This document shows positions 44,367 to 54,168 of a DNA stretch of 64,000 nucleotides, in pieces. A program made the position numbers and the translations under genes. The DNA comes from Bacillales bacterium (GTDB lineage Bacteria; Bacillota_I; Bacilli_A; RF39; UBA660). The notes below the pieces were generated by a model. It worked only from the letters and a program-made list of their open reading frames with translations. It was not told where the DNA came from and made no database searches. The stretch covers positions 1,115-65,114 of the forward strand of contig JAEEVN010000003.1 of assembly GCA_016290885.1 (NCBI GenBank), written 5' to 3'. Position 1 is the stretch's first letter. Each line of letters opens with the position of its first letter.

Positions 44367-44792
44367 TTATTCGTATATTATTCCTTTTTTATATTTTAAT
44401 ATACATTTTCTACTTGGTTCGTATAGATTTTCTGGTAGTTCTTCCATATCGAACCATTTCCATTCTAATATTGTTTCTGGTTCCATAGCTTTTGGTTCAC
44501 CCTCATATTCTCTTGCAATGAATCCTACTGTAACATAATGTGCTGTTTCAGTCATATCATCATTAACACATAATAATTCTAATTTAACAGCATCTAAATC
44601 TGTTTCTTCTTTTAATTCTCTTTTAGCAGCATCTTCTAGTCTTTCCATAAATTCAACTTTACCACCAGGCATTGTCCAAGTTCCTTGGCCTTGTAATTCA
44701 CTACTAGCCTTTACTTTATCAGGATTTCTTAATCCTAATAATATTTTATTATCTTTTAATATCATTACTCCTACGCCTAATCCAGGTTTCAT
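44367..44792 (-). CDS. NUDIX hydrolase
   Basis: Nudix box GGKVEFMERLEDAAKRELKEETDL. Confidence 0.85.
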   Translation of the reverse strand: MKPGLGVGVMILKDNKILLGLRNPDKVKASSELQGQGTWTMPGGKVEFMERLEDAAKRELKEETDLDAVKLELLCVNDDMTETAHYVTVGFIAREYEGEPKAMEPETILEWKWFDMEELPENLYEPSRKCILKYKKGIIYE

Positions 44793-44804
44793 AAAATCAT
44801 CTCC

Positions 44805-45368
44805 TTAAATATGTTTTAATAATTCTTTAAATTCACTATAATTTGATTCTGCATTTAGGTGTCCTCCACCAGGAATGCAATACTCTGTAGTAGCAATTGC
44901 ATCAGCAAATTCTTTTTCTACATCATATTTTACATATGGATCATTATCTGAATAGTAACAAATAATATCATCACAATATTCTTTAACATCTTCTAAGTTA
45001 TCAAAATACATACTTTCATTTACTGAATCATAGTCTTTATCTATACCTAAATAATTATTAAATCCACAAACAAATACTAATCTTTTTACTTTAATTTTAT
45101 TTTCAACTAAAAACTTACATACAAATATTGGTGCTATTGAATGAGCATAAATAACTGTATTTTCATTGACTATTCCTGCCTCAACATAAACCTTTAATAA
45201 TTTAGACCAATTATCATAATTTTGATATCCAACTCCTGTTGGAAAATCTGGTGTATATACTTCTAAATTCTCTTTTTCTAATTCACTTCTTAACCATGGA
45301 AGCCAGTTTGAAAATGGGCTTGAAAAACTTCCATGTACTAATAAATAGTTATTCTTCATTAATTTCAT
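44805..45368 (-). CDS. Alpha/beta hydrolase (YdeN/serine-hydrolase-like)
   Basis: LLVHGSFSSPFSNWLPWL and the AHSIA nucleophile-elbow variant. 187 aa. Confidence 0.6.
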   Translation of the reverse strand: MKLMKNNYLLVHGSFSSPFSNWLPWLRSELEKENLEVYTPDFPTGVGYQNYDNWSKLLKVYVEAGIVNENTVIYAHSIAPIFVCKFLVENKIKVKRLVFVCGFNNYLGIDKDYDSVNESMYFDNLEDVKEYCDDIICYYSDNDPYVKYDVEKEFADAIATTEYCIPGGGHLNAESNYSEFKELLKHI

Positions 45369-45411
45369 CTCCTAAATAAATTATATCACAAAAAAACAGT
45401 CATTAGACTGT

Positions 45412-45753
45412 TTATATTAATTCTATTCTTATTCCTACTACACCATATTCTTTTTGTTTTTCTTTAGTGTAGAAAGTTTCTAAATCCTTCATTAAATCTT
45501 CTTTAGTTATAGATTTATCTGCTAATACTGATATATCAAAATCTTTAAACATATCTTCAAAACTATCATATCTTAATAAATCTACTACTTTTACTTCAAA
45601 AGATTCTTCTAATTCTGGCTCTTTTAAAAATTTAATAGTATCTCCTATTTTTATGATTCTTCTTTTTTCATCAAATAATCTTATTTCTATTCTTTTAGAA
45701 CCGTTAAGTATAAAATTATAATACTTTGGTTGTAATTTTAATTCATGAATCAT
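45412..45753 (-). CDS. ASCH domain protein
   Basis: HELKLQPKYYNFILNGSKRIEIRLFDEKRRIIKIGDTIKF is a typical ASCH N-terminal pattern. Confidence 0.7.
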   Translation of the reverse strand: MIHELKLQPKYYNFILNGSKRIEIRLFDEKRRIIKIGDTIKFLKEPELEESFEVKVVDLLRYDSFEDMFKDFDISVLADKSITKEDLMKDLETFYTKEKQKEYGVVGIRIELI

Positions 45754-46292
45754 AATTCATGACTCCTTTTTTTAGAAACCGGATAGCTTTCTAAGTCAAT
45801 TGATCCAAGTGTTTCTATAAATGTGTCTAATTTTGATGTGTCTATTAAAAAACATTCTGTTTCTCCGTTTGTACCATCATCTTTTTTTATAACATCTGGA
45901 AAAACAACATTATATTTTGCTTTAACATCTAAATTTATTGCGCCATAATCATGATATAGTTGTTTTTTAAATGTTGTAAAATCTAATTTACTTAGTTTTT
46001 CTTCATCTAAGAAACCATTAAAGAATTCATAATCTGTTATTAAATGGAAATATCTTCCTTTGTTATAATCTGAATCTAAAGAATTTTCTTTTAAGAATTC
46101 ATTTAGTTGAACCTTACCTTCTAAATATTTCAATAAATCAGATGTATCTCTAGTCTTAGTATAGTGACTCTTAAATTTATCTTCAGCTATATCAACAGAT
46201 ATTACACCCATTAAAAATTCTTCTCTATTTTTAATATCATGTTTTTTTAAATATACATTAGCTGCTGCTAAATGTATTGCAGAACTTGCCAT
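45750..46292 (-). CDS. Hypothetical protein (His-containing motifs, possible metal-dependent hydrolase)
   Basis: 180-aa ORF with a 4-nt overlap with the ASCH gene. AIHL, HLITDY and YHDY are only suggestive. Confidence 0.45.
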   Translation of the reverse strand: MASSAIHLAAANVYLKKHDIKNREEFLMGVISVDIAEDKFKSHYTKTRDTSDLLKYLEGKVQLNEFLKENSLDSDYNKGRYFHLITDYEFFNGFLDEEKLSKLDFTTFKKQLYHDYGAINLDVKAKYNVVFPDVIKKDDGTNGETECFLIDTSKLDTFIETLGSIDLESYPVSKKRSHEL

Positions 46293-46329
46293 AATATCAT
46301 CCCTTCACACGATGTATTATACCACAAAG

Positions 46330-46358
46330 TTGAAAAAAATCGTAAAATATGGTATTAT
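46330..46358 (+). promoter_or_regulatory. SigA-type promoter of the GNAT gene
   Basis: TTGAAA (46330-46335), a 17-nt spacer ending in TGG, then TATTAT (46353-46358). Confidence 0.55.
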
Positions 46359-46379
46359 ATATCGCAATTTGGAGGGAAT

Positions 46380-47006
46380 ATGAGCATAAAATTTACTGGT
46401 AAATTTGGGAAATATGAAGTTATAAGTTTAAGAGATGAACTTATATACGCTGAATGGCATGCAAAACATGATATAGATAGAATTTTTAAATTAACAAAGC
46501 CATTATGTGAAGATTATCCAAAACATGAAGAATGGTTCTATAAAAAACATGTTGCTAATGTTTTATCTGCATATATGCCAGATGAATATAGAGATGTATT
46601 ATTCATTCATGAACCAACTGATTATATTCCAGATAGTCTAAATGTTATTGGTGCAGTTTGCTTAAAGAAAGCACCACACGAAAAGAAAATATGTTGTTTA
46701 TATGTTGATGAACAATGGAGGAACAAAGGTGTAGGAACAACACTTCTTCGATGTGCATTTACATGGCTAGGTACAAGTAAACCATTGATTACATTCCCTG
46801 AAAAAAATTTAGATGCAATGAAAGAATTTGTAAGAATGTATGATTGGAAACTAGAAGAAACAGTAGATGATCCATATGGTACTGGACAAAAAGAATTATG
46901 TTTTAATGGTAAATTAGTTAAAGATCCAGGACCAAAGCATAAACAAATAACAATTGAACAAATTTTAAAACCATCAAATGACCAAAATATAAAAAGCACT
47001 GATTAA
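46380..47006 (+). CDS. GNAT family N-acetyltransferase
   Basis: Acetyl-CoA motif A, YVDEQWRNKGVGTTLL. Start moved to the ATG at 46380, behind GGAGGG. The ORF-track start at 46272 lies upstream of the predicted promoter. Confidence 0.75.
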   Translation: MSIKFTGKFGKYEVISLRDELIYAEWHAKHDIDRIFKLTKPLCEDYPKHEEWFYKKHVANVLSAYMPDEYRDVLFIHEPTDYIPDSLNVIGAVCLKKAPHEKKICCLYVDEQWRNKGVGTTLLRCAFTWLGTSKPLITFPEKNLDAMKEFVRMYDWKLEETVDDPYGTGQKELCFNGKLVKDPGPKHKQITIEQILKPSNDQNIKSTD

Positions 47007-47026
47007 GTGCTTTTTTTAGTCACAAA

Positions 47027-47048
47027 AAAACTCGCATTTGCGAGTTTT
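47027..47048. terminator. Bidirectional terminator between the GNAT gene and rpsI
   Basis: AAAACTCGC-attt-GCGAGTTTT. Confidence 0.6.
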
Positions 47049-47059
47049 GAAACACAATA

Positions 47060-47476
47060 TTATCTCTTTGAGAATTGTGGTGCTTTTCTTGCTTTCTTTA
47101 ATCCTGGTTTCTTTCTTTCTTTAACTCTTGAATCTCTAGTTATTAAACCTTTTGCTTTAAGAATTCTTCTGAAAGAACCTTCAGATGTTGGATCAGTATT
47201 AATATCATATTCTAGTAAAGCTTTTACTATACCTAATCTAGTAGCTCCAGCTTGTCCTGAGAATCCACCACCACTAACTACTACAGTAATATCGAATTTA
47301 TCTTCAGTATTAGTATAAGTTAATGGTTGTTTTAAATCCATTACTAATGTAGGAAATGGAAAATATTCATTAACATCTCTTCCATTAACAGTGATTTTTC
47401 CTTTTCCAGAAACCATTGTTACTTTAGCGATAGAAGATTTACGATGTCCAGTACCTGTATATATCTTATTTGCCAT
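47060..47476 (-). CDS. rpsI: 30S ribosomal protein S9
   Basis: [10 protein letters not shown]...[10 protein letters not shown]...C-terminal KAPQFSKR. Confidence 0.95.
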   Translation of the reverse strand: MANKIYTGTGHRKSSIAKVTMVSGKGKITVNGRDVNEYFPFPTLVMDLKQPLTYTNTEDKFDITVVVSGGGFSGQAGATRLGIVKALLEYDINTDPTSEGSFRRILKAKGLITRDSRVKERKKPGLKKARKAPQFSKR

Positions 47477-47485
47477 ACTTTCCTC

Positions 47486-47911
47486 CTATTTTAATTCCTT
47501 AGGTTGTTGAGCTTGTTGTTTATGTTCGCTACCAGCATAAACAAATAATTTCTTAATCATAGCTCTACCTAATCTTCCTTTTGGAAGCATTCCTTTAACT
47601 GCTCTAGTAATCATTTCTTCAGAGTAATTAGTTCTCATTTCTTTAGCTGTTCTTAATCTTACTCCTCCTGGATAATCACTGTGGTTAAAATAAACTTTAT
47701 CTTCAAGTTTATTTCCAGTTAAATTAACTTTTGAAGCATTGATTACGATTACGTAATCACCACAATCTACATTTGGTGTATAAATTGCTTTGTGTTTTCC
47801 ACGTAAAACTGTTGCTACTTTTGAAGCTAAACGACCTAAATTTTGACCTTCAGCGTCAATAACAAACCATTCACGTTTTACATCTGACTCTTTTGCCATA
47901 AATGTATTCAT
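47486..47911 (-). CDS. rplM: 50S ribosomal protein L13
   Basis: [18 protein letters not shown]...VVINA...HSDYPGG. Confidence 0.95.
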   Translation of the reverse strand: MNTFMAKESDVKREWFVIDAEGQNLGRLASKVATVLRGKHKAIYTPNVDCGDYVIVINASKVNLTGNKLEDKVYFNHSDYPGGVRLRTAKEMRTNYSEEMITRAVKGMLPKGRLGRAMIKKLFVYAGSEHKQQAQQPKELK

Positions 47912-47933
47912 TTTCTTTTTCCCTTTCTTTATC

Positions 47934-47962
47934 GGAATTAATATTTCCCGGGTACTAATTCC
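47934..47962 (-). promoter_or_regulatory. Hairpin in the rplM 5' leader (possible L13-type autoregulatory leader)
   Basis: GGAATTA-N15-TAATTCC sits ~25 nt upstream of the rplM start. The functional assignment is speculative. Confidence 0.3.
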
Positions 47963-48104
47963 TTTTGTGGGGTTTTTTAAATGTACCAGTTAAAATAATA
48001 CTAAATTTTAGTAAAATAGTCAATATAATTATGTAAAATATTGCCATTTTTACTTGATTATACATTGAAAACAAGTTATAATTATTCTTGTTCGGAGGTA
48101 TTAA

Positions 48105-48233
48105 ATGAGAGTAATAAAAGCAAATTTACCAGATGGTGTTAGAAAAAGATTCGAAAAAAGAATAGGTAAAAAAGTAAAAGTAGTTAATAAAAAGTATTGT
48201 AAAAAGAAAAATACTTCTAAAAAAGAAAAATAA
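48105..48233 (+). CDS. Unannotated 42-aa lysine-rich protein
   Basis: TTGATT (48054-48059), 17 nt, TATAAT (48077-48082); RBS GGAGGT; translation MRVIKANLPDGVRKRFEKRIGKKVKVVNKKYCKKKNTSKKEK; followed by the hairpin AATCTC-gaaa-GAGATT plus a T-run. Confidence 0.5.
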   Translation: MRVIKANLPDGVRKRFEKRIGKKVKVVNKKYCKKKNTSKKEK

Positions 48234-48245
48234 TCTCGAAAGAGA

Positions 48246-49652
48246 TTATTTTTTTATTATTATAACTTTTACTGTTGATATATCTGGTTCATATATGACT
48301 TTGTTATCATTTCCAACTACTTTAACTTTAACATCATGAGTACCTTCTTCATAACCTTTTAAGTCTACATATGCTTCTATATCACTAGCTTTAATATTTT
48401 CTAGATTTGATTGTGTTCCTTTTATTGTAACAGGTATTTCATTAACACTATCATTTGATACTTGTACAACATAATCATTTCCTAAGTTTCTAGCACTTAA
48501 TCTAACTCCAGAAACCTTTGATTGTGATTCATCTCCTAGAGTTACATCAATATTTACTGTAGAAACAGATAATTTTCTAATATTCTTTGGTTTCTTTAAT
48601 GTTTCGGTGAATTTTTTATTACCATTTAAATTAGTTACATCTATTTCAACTTCTATATTATTAATCTTATCTAATGCATCTTGTTTACCATATATAGTAA
48701 CTGTTTCAGCACTTTGAGATATCTTTTCTATTGATTTACCAAATACTATATTATTAATTCCCTTTGGTACTACTACTATTGGGACTTCTTTACTTGGTGA
48801 TTCAATATTAACTACTGCTCTTACAGTAGATGGAACTAGTTCAACATCTAATCTTTTACCATTTGAATCAAATGCTACTATTGGGACTTCATTAGCTCCT
48901 CTAAGTAGATTTTCTCCAACTTGTGGATCAGTTAATTTATTTACATCTACTAATGCTTTAACTGATGCTACTTGATTAATAGTTTCTTCTTTACCTTTAA
49001 CGATTACTTCGTTAATAGTAATTCTATCTTCTGCATTTTCTTTAGTACCAGTTTCTTCTTCACTAGTTTTTAATTTATATAATTGTACTGATTTTACTGA
49101 TAATTCAGAGTTTAAGTCTGTTAGATTCATTACTTCTTCAGTTACAGTCATAGTTCTAGATTTCTTAGGACTTATTGTTACTCTTACTGTAGATGGATCA
49201 AGTTTATATTGAACTGATGTAATTGCTTGTTTATATTTCAAATCAACATCATATGATCCTACTCCTAAATCACTTAAATCTACGACTACTGTTTGAGTAG
49301 GTAATTGGTTTGCTAAATAGATATTAGCTTTATTACCTATCATTGTAATATCAACAGTTTCAGGAATACCTTCAACTACATATTCCTCTTCATTATAATT
49401 TGCAATAACTGGTTGATCATATAATACTTTAGCATTAGTTTCTAATAATGAATTACTTCTACCTTGTATATAATAACAAATTGCTACTGCTAAAATTAAT
49501 GAAATAATTATAATACCTTTTTTTGATTTAGATACCATTTCTAATGGTTTTCCTATATTTTTAATCTTTTCTCCTATATTGACGAAGAACTTAGTTATAG
49601 GAACTATAATTTTTTTATCAAAAAACTTATATATACCCTTAATTAATTTCAT
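48246..49652 (-). CDS. cdaR: YbbR-domain protein CdaR (regulator of diadenylate cyclase)
   Basis: N-terminal TM plus repeated YbbR-like beta-rich modules. 14-nt overlap with cdaA. Confidence 0.8.
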   Translation of the reverse strand: MKLIKGIYKFFDKKIIVPITKFFVNIGEKIKNIGKPLEMVSKSKKGIIIISLILAVAICYYIQGRSNSLLETNAKVLYDQPVIANYNEEEYVVEGIPETVDITMIGNKANIYLANQLPTQTVVVDLSDLGVGSYDVDLKYKQAITSVQYKLDPSTVRVTISPKKSRTMTVTEEVMNLTDLNSELSVKSVQLYKLKTSEEETGTKENAEDRITINEVIVKGKEETINQVASVKALVDVNKLTDPQVGENLLRGANEVPIVAFDSNGKRLDVELVPSTVRAVVNIESPSKEVPIVVVPKGINNIVFGKSIEKISQSAETVTIYGKQDALDKINNIEVEIDVTNLNGNKKFTETLKKPKNIRKLSVSTVNIDVTLGDESQSKVSGVRLSARNLGNDYVVQVSNDSVNEIPVTIKGTQSNLENIKASDIEAYVDLKGYEEGTHDVKVKVVGNDNKVIYEPDISTVKVIIIKK

Positions 49653-50463
49653 CTATATCATCCTCCTCATTCTCTTTTTCTACAATGAATGTTTCAGATT
49701 TTGGCATTAATTCATCTAATATAATTAATTTAACTTCATCTACAGATAAATTATAATTCAATTTACCACCTACAGCTACTGAAATTCTACCTGTTTCTTC
49801 AGAAACAATAATAGCAATGGCATCACTTTCTTCAGATATACCTATAGCAGCTCTATGTCTTGTGCCTAATCTCTTGCTAAATTTCATATCTACTGTAGTA
49901 GGGAATACTGCTCCAGCACATGTGATTTTATCTCCTTGGATAATTACACCACCATCATGTAGTGGATTATCTGGGAAGAATATAGCGCATAATAATTCAT
50001 TTGAAAAATCAGCATATATCTTTTTAGCCTTCTCAATATAATTAGATAAACTAGTATCTCTTTCAAATACTATTAATGCTCCTATTCTATTTTTTCTTAA
50101 ATAATCAAGAGTAATACCTAATTCTGTTATTATTTTTTCTCTTTCTGTTACTGATAATGTTTTGTGTCTTCCTAATAAATTAGTTTTTCCTAATTGCTCT
50201 AATGTATTACGAATTTCTGGTTGAAATATAATAATTATAGCTAAAGGTCCCCAAGTTATTAAGTATTCAAATAATAATCCTATAGTAACTAAACCAAAGT
50301 AATCACTTATTAATTTAATAATTACTACTACTATTATTCCTTTTACTAACATTGATAATTTAACATTTTTTCTTATACTTCTTAATAGATAATATAATAT
50401 TACCCATACTATACATATATCAATAATCTTTTTTACAATTGATAAAACTGAATCTAATGACAT
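49639..50463 (-). CDS. cdaA: Diadenylate cyclase CdaA
   Basis: Three N-terminal TM helices, GALIVFERD, DGGVII, LGTRHRAAIGISEESDAIAIIVSEETG. Confidence 0.9.
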   Translation of the reverse strand: MSLDSVLSIVKKIIDICIVWVILYYLLRSIRKNVKLSMLVKGIIVVVIIKLISDYFGLVTIGLLFEYLITWGPLAIIIIFQPEIRNTLEQLGKTNLLGRHKTLSVTEREKIITELGITLDYLRKNRIGALIVFERDTSLSNYIEKAKKIYADFSNELLCAIFFPDNPLHDGGVIIQGDKITCAGAVFPTTVDMKFSKRLGTRHRAAIGISEESDAIAIIVSEETGRISVAVGGKLNYNLSVDEVKLIILDELMPKSETFIVEKENEEDDIDEIN

Positions 50464-50473
50464 AATTTCCTCC

Positions 50474-51172
50474 TTACATTATATTATTCTTTTTATTACG
50501 ACTATATACTATCAATACAATTATAAGTACTATTACTGCAATTCCTGCAATTAATAAGAACGTATAACTAACATTTATTTCTAAGAATCCTAAATCAAAT
50601 CTTCTTGATGTATTAGTTTCTTTTGTATTGAAAGTTATTTTTATATCTTTTAATTCACCATTTTTTTCTATATTCCAAGTATATGTATTTCCCTTTACTG
50701 AATCTGCATTATTTTTTGTTACTTTAAAAGGAACATCAATATTAACTGCAATTCTATCATATATTAAACTTCTACTTGCATAATCATCTAATGGAACATC
50801 TTGTTTATATTCTATTGTAATATAACTATCTTTCTTTGTTATATTAGCTTCTTTTACAATATCACTTTTAAAGCGATTTTCATAATCTTCTAATGATTTA
50901 TAAGATGTTGTTGCATATGATTTAGTGTCTGCATCTCCAACTACTGTTGAGAATTTATATTTCACTCCATCATTTTTATAATATTCATATAATGAATTAG
51001 CAGCAGTCTTTGGATCTTGCCCTGTTCTTGTTTTTAGAACATTCTTACTTTCTGAGGCAACTACCTTTTCATTTACTGTTAAATCTTCATTAACAGTCAA
51101 ATTATATTCGACTGAACAGCCACTAAATAAAATAATTACTAGTATTAATAAAATAAATTTCTTATTTTTCAT
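50474..51172 (-). CDS. Lipoprotein with C-terminal TM anchor, function unknown
   Basis: Lipobox LFSGC after a signal peptide. C-terminal hydrophobic helix plus RNKKNN. Confidence 0.6.
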   Translation of the reverse strand: MKNKKFILLILVIILFSGCSVEYNLTVNEDLTVNEKVVASESKNVLKTRTGQDPKTAANSLYEYYKNDGVKYKFSTVVGDADTKSYATTSYKSLEDYENRFKSDIVKEANITKKDSYITIEYKQDVPLDDYASRSLIYDRIAVNIDVPFKVTKNNADSVKGNTYTWNIEKNGELKDIKITFNTKETNTSRRFDLGFLEINVSYTFLLIAGIAVIVLIIVLIVYSRNKKNNIM

Positions 51173-51261
51173 ATATCTCTCCTAGTACTATAAAATTATA
51201 ACATAATTTTTGATTTTTATATAGTTTAAATTAGAAAAAAATAAAGTAATCTTAGATTACT

Positions 51262-52914
51262 TTATTTGTCCTTATTCTTCTTACCAATTCTAAATTTTGA
51301 TAATATTTTCTTTAGTATATCTTGCCCCAAAACCTCATTTATTAGACCAGTTTGATTAGATATAAGAAGATACATTCCTATACCAAATAATCCTATTAAA
51401 CCTAATTCTCCAATTAATAATAAACGATGTATTTCTGTAACAAATATAAATTTCTTAACAAAGAATAATACTATTACCATAATTGCAGTAGCAAATAGAG
51501 ATTTAAGCATAGTTATAATTATTGACTTATACTTAAATTTAAATTGTTTTCTTAATACTATTGCTATAATTAATTCTGATATGAATAAACCTATATTAGT
51601 AGCAATTAATGTTCCTAAATATGGAGGTAATATACCTGTTTTATTAAATAATAGTATCATAGGTATATCTAATAATATATTTATAAATAAACCTACTACT
51701 GTATTAATATATACTAATTTAAAATTCTTCATTCCTTGTAATATCATATTAATTACTAATTGTAATGAGAATAATATACTAGTTATAGCCATAACACATA
51801 GAACATATTTTCCTTCTGTTGAAGCACCATAGAATATTCTATATACCCCATCAGAGAACAGAATAATGAATGCTGATAAAGGAATGCTAACAGTTAATAT
51901 AATATTAATTGCTTGATTAAATTTCTTATTTAATTCATCATATTTCTTTTCAGTAAAACTAGTAACTATAAATGGTATAACACTTGTACATAGACCAATT
52001 GCTAATGCATTTATAATCATGCATATTTTAGGAGTCCATGTAACTACTATACTAGCTAGATATTCACTTTTAGCAGCAGAATATCCAATCATATATAAAC
52101 CTTTAATAATAAGTTTCATATCTGCGATATTGTATAGATCTTGTGTTATAGATACTATTATTATAGGAATAGAATATTTAATTATTTTTCCTACTATTGT
52201 TTTATCACTTTCAGTAGATTCCTTTAAAGAAGTTACACCTTCTTTTAATTGTAATCTTGATTTATATAATTTATATCTTAAGTATAAGAATGCTGCTATT
52301 CCACCTAGTACTGTTCCTGATAAAGCAACTGCTACTCCAGTAGGAACATCATAGTGTAATAGATTAATTGCAACATATGATCCAACTAATACTACTATTA
52401 TTCTAACTATTTGTTCTATTAATTGGCTTTGTGAAGGTGCATTTAAATACTTATTTCCTTGTAAATAACCTCTAAGTACACTTAAGAAAGGAATAATTAA
52501 TAAACAGAAAGATATAGTTCTAATAACTAAAACTATGCTATTAACATCTGTTCCATCTTTTAATTCACCAACAAAGAATAATCCTATGTACTTAGCAAAT
52601 ATAAACATTAATAAGAAACTTATTATCGCTAATACACCAATTATTTTATTAGCTAGACTAAATGCTTTTTCTCTATCATTAAATTTCTTTAATGCATTGT
52701 ATTCTGCAATTATAATAGCTACTGCAGTAGGTATACCACTAATAGATATATTTAAGAATAAATTATATGCATTATAAGCATAAGAGTATAAAACTCCTCC
52801 GTCAGTTCCAATAATATTATAGAAAGGTATAACATATATTGCTCCTAATATTTTAGTAATTAGAATCAATATATATGCTACAACTGTTCCTTCGACAAAA
52901 CTATTTTTTCTCAT
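51262..52914 (-). CDS. MOP-superfamily flippase (MurJ/YtgP/SpoVB-like)
   Basis: 550 aa with ~14 TM segments. The N-terminal FVEGTVVAYILILITKILGAIYVIPF pattern is typical of polysaccharide/lipid II flippases. Confidence 0.7.
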   Translation of the reverse strand: MRKNSFVEGTVVAYILILITKILGAIYVIPFYNIIGTDGGVLYSYAYNAYNLFLNISISGIPTAVAIIIAEYNALKKFNDREKAFSLANKIIGVLAIISFLLMFIFAKYIGLFFVGELKDGTDVNSIVLVIRTISFCLLIIPFLSVLRGYLQGNKYLNAPSQSQLIEQIVRIIVVLVGSYVAINLLHYDVPTGVAVALSGTVLGGIAAFLYLRYKLYKSRLQLKEGVTSLKESTESDKTIVGKIIKYSIPIIIVSITQDLYNIADMKLIIKGLYMIGYSAAKSEYLASIVVTWTPKICMIINALAIGLCTSVIPFIVTSFTEKKYDELNKKFNQAINIILTVSIPLSAFIILFSDGVYRIFYGASTEGKYVLCVMAITSILFSLQLVINMILQGMKNFKLVYINTVVGLFINILLDIPMILLFNKTGILPPYLGTLIATNIGLFISELIIAIVLRKQFKFKYKSIIITMLKSLFATAIMVIVLFFVKKFIFVTEIHRLLLIGELGLIGLFGIGMYLLISNQTGLINEVLGQDILKKILSKFRIGKKNKDK

Positions 52915-52980
52915 ATTTTCACCATCTTAATTATATCAAAAAAAAGATATAAAAACTAGGTTTTATATCTTTATTTTTTA

Positions 52981-54168
52981 TTACCATCCACAAGGATTTG
53001 AATAATAACCACTATAATATGATGTTCTATCATAATAATATGTATTATTCGGAGGGAAGTTAATGTATGCTCCTGGGTCAGTTGTTTCCCATCTACTTAC
53101 ACATGAAGTTAATCCAATACATAGATTTAAGTGTAAGTGTGATCCATAACTGTTTCCAGTGTTACCAACAAATCCTATTACTGAATCTTTAGTAACTATA
53201 TCTCCTACATTAACATTTATAGAACTTAAATGTCCATATAATGATGTATAGTTTTGGCCATTAATATAATGTTGAACCACTATTTTATTACCATAACCAC
53301 CATTATAACCATATTCTGCAAATACTACTTTACCATCAGATATAGAGTAGATTGGTGTCCCTGTAGGTGCTCCTATGTCTACTCCAGCATGGCTTCTACA
53401 AGAACCTCCTGGATAATCCCACCAGTCTGAATACCAAGTACTTGTCATATAACCTGATTCTAGAGGTCTCCAAAATCTAGTACCTACTGGTAATTGTTCA
53501 TTAGCACATACTGATATATCATCACTTTCATCACAACCAGAATCAATATAAAATTGAATGATTGCTTTAGAAGCCTCAATATCTTTTATTATTGAATCTT
53601 CTTCTTCAGATAAACTTTCTGCTTCTAATTGAAGAACTGATAATTTTGCTCTTAATTCTTCTTGTAATTTCTTTAGATTGTCTTCTTTTTCATGTAATGA
53701 AGCAATGGCCTTCTTACTTTCTAGAATTAATTCATGCATTTCAGTAATTAAGTTTGAATTATATCTACTTAATTGCTCTGTAACAGTTGCTCTATATATA
53801 AAATCTGTTATAGATTTTGCACTAAATAAATATTCTAATAATTCTGATTCGCCATTAGAAACTTGATAATATTTAATAACTGCTTTTATTTGCTTATTTT
53901 TTTCATCAATCTTCTTATTTAATTCTGCGATTTTATCATTTAATTCTTTTATTTCTTCTTCTGCTGCAGCAATTTCTCCATATATTTCATCTATTCTTGC
54001 ATTAGTATTGTTTTGTTCATTTTCATTTTCTTTTATTTCATTTTCTTTTTCTATATATGCTTGTTCTAAAGCATCATATTCAGCTTTTAAATCTCCTAAT
54101 GTTTTTGCACTTGCACTGATAGGAATTAAAAGTGCTATTAGGAATACAAATATCTTCTTAAATTTCAT
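52981..54168 (-). CDS. Coiled-coil M23 peptidase (EnvC/PcsB-style FtsEX partner)
   Basis: Signal peptide, ~200-aa coiled coil, and an intact M23 core (SHAGVDIGA, YGHL, SHLHLN). The start overlaps the ftsX stop (TAATG). Confidence 0.8.
   Translation of the reverse strand: MKFKKIFVFLIALLIPISASAKTLGDLKAEYDALEQAYIEKENEIKENENEQNNTNARIDEIYGEIAAAEEEIKELNDKIAELNKKIDEKNKQIKAVIKYYQVSNGESELLEYLFSAKSITDFIYRATVTEQLSRYNSNLITEMHELILESKKAIASLHEKEDNLKKLQEELRAKLSVLQLEAESLSEEEDSIIKDIEASKAIIQFYIDSGCDESDDISVCANEQLPVGTRFWRPLESGYMTSTWYSDWWDYPGGSCRSHAGVDIGAPTGTPIYSISDGKVVFAEYGYNGGYGNKIVVQHYINGQNYTSLYGHLSSINVNVGDIVTKDSVIGFVGNTGNSYGSHLHLNLCIGLTSCVSRWETTDPGAYINFPPNNTYYYDRTSYYSGYYSNPCGW

Noticed and set aside
46272-46379. 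N-terminal extension of the GNAT ORF (ORF-track start at 46272)
   Set aside because: The extension overlaps the divergent gene and lies upstream of the TTGAAA-17-TATTAT promoter. A GGAGGG RBS precedes the ATG at 46380.
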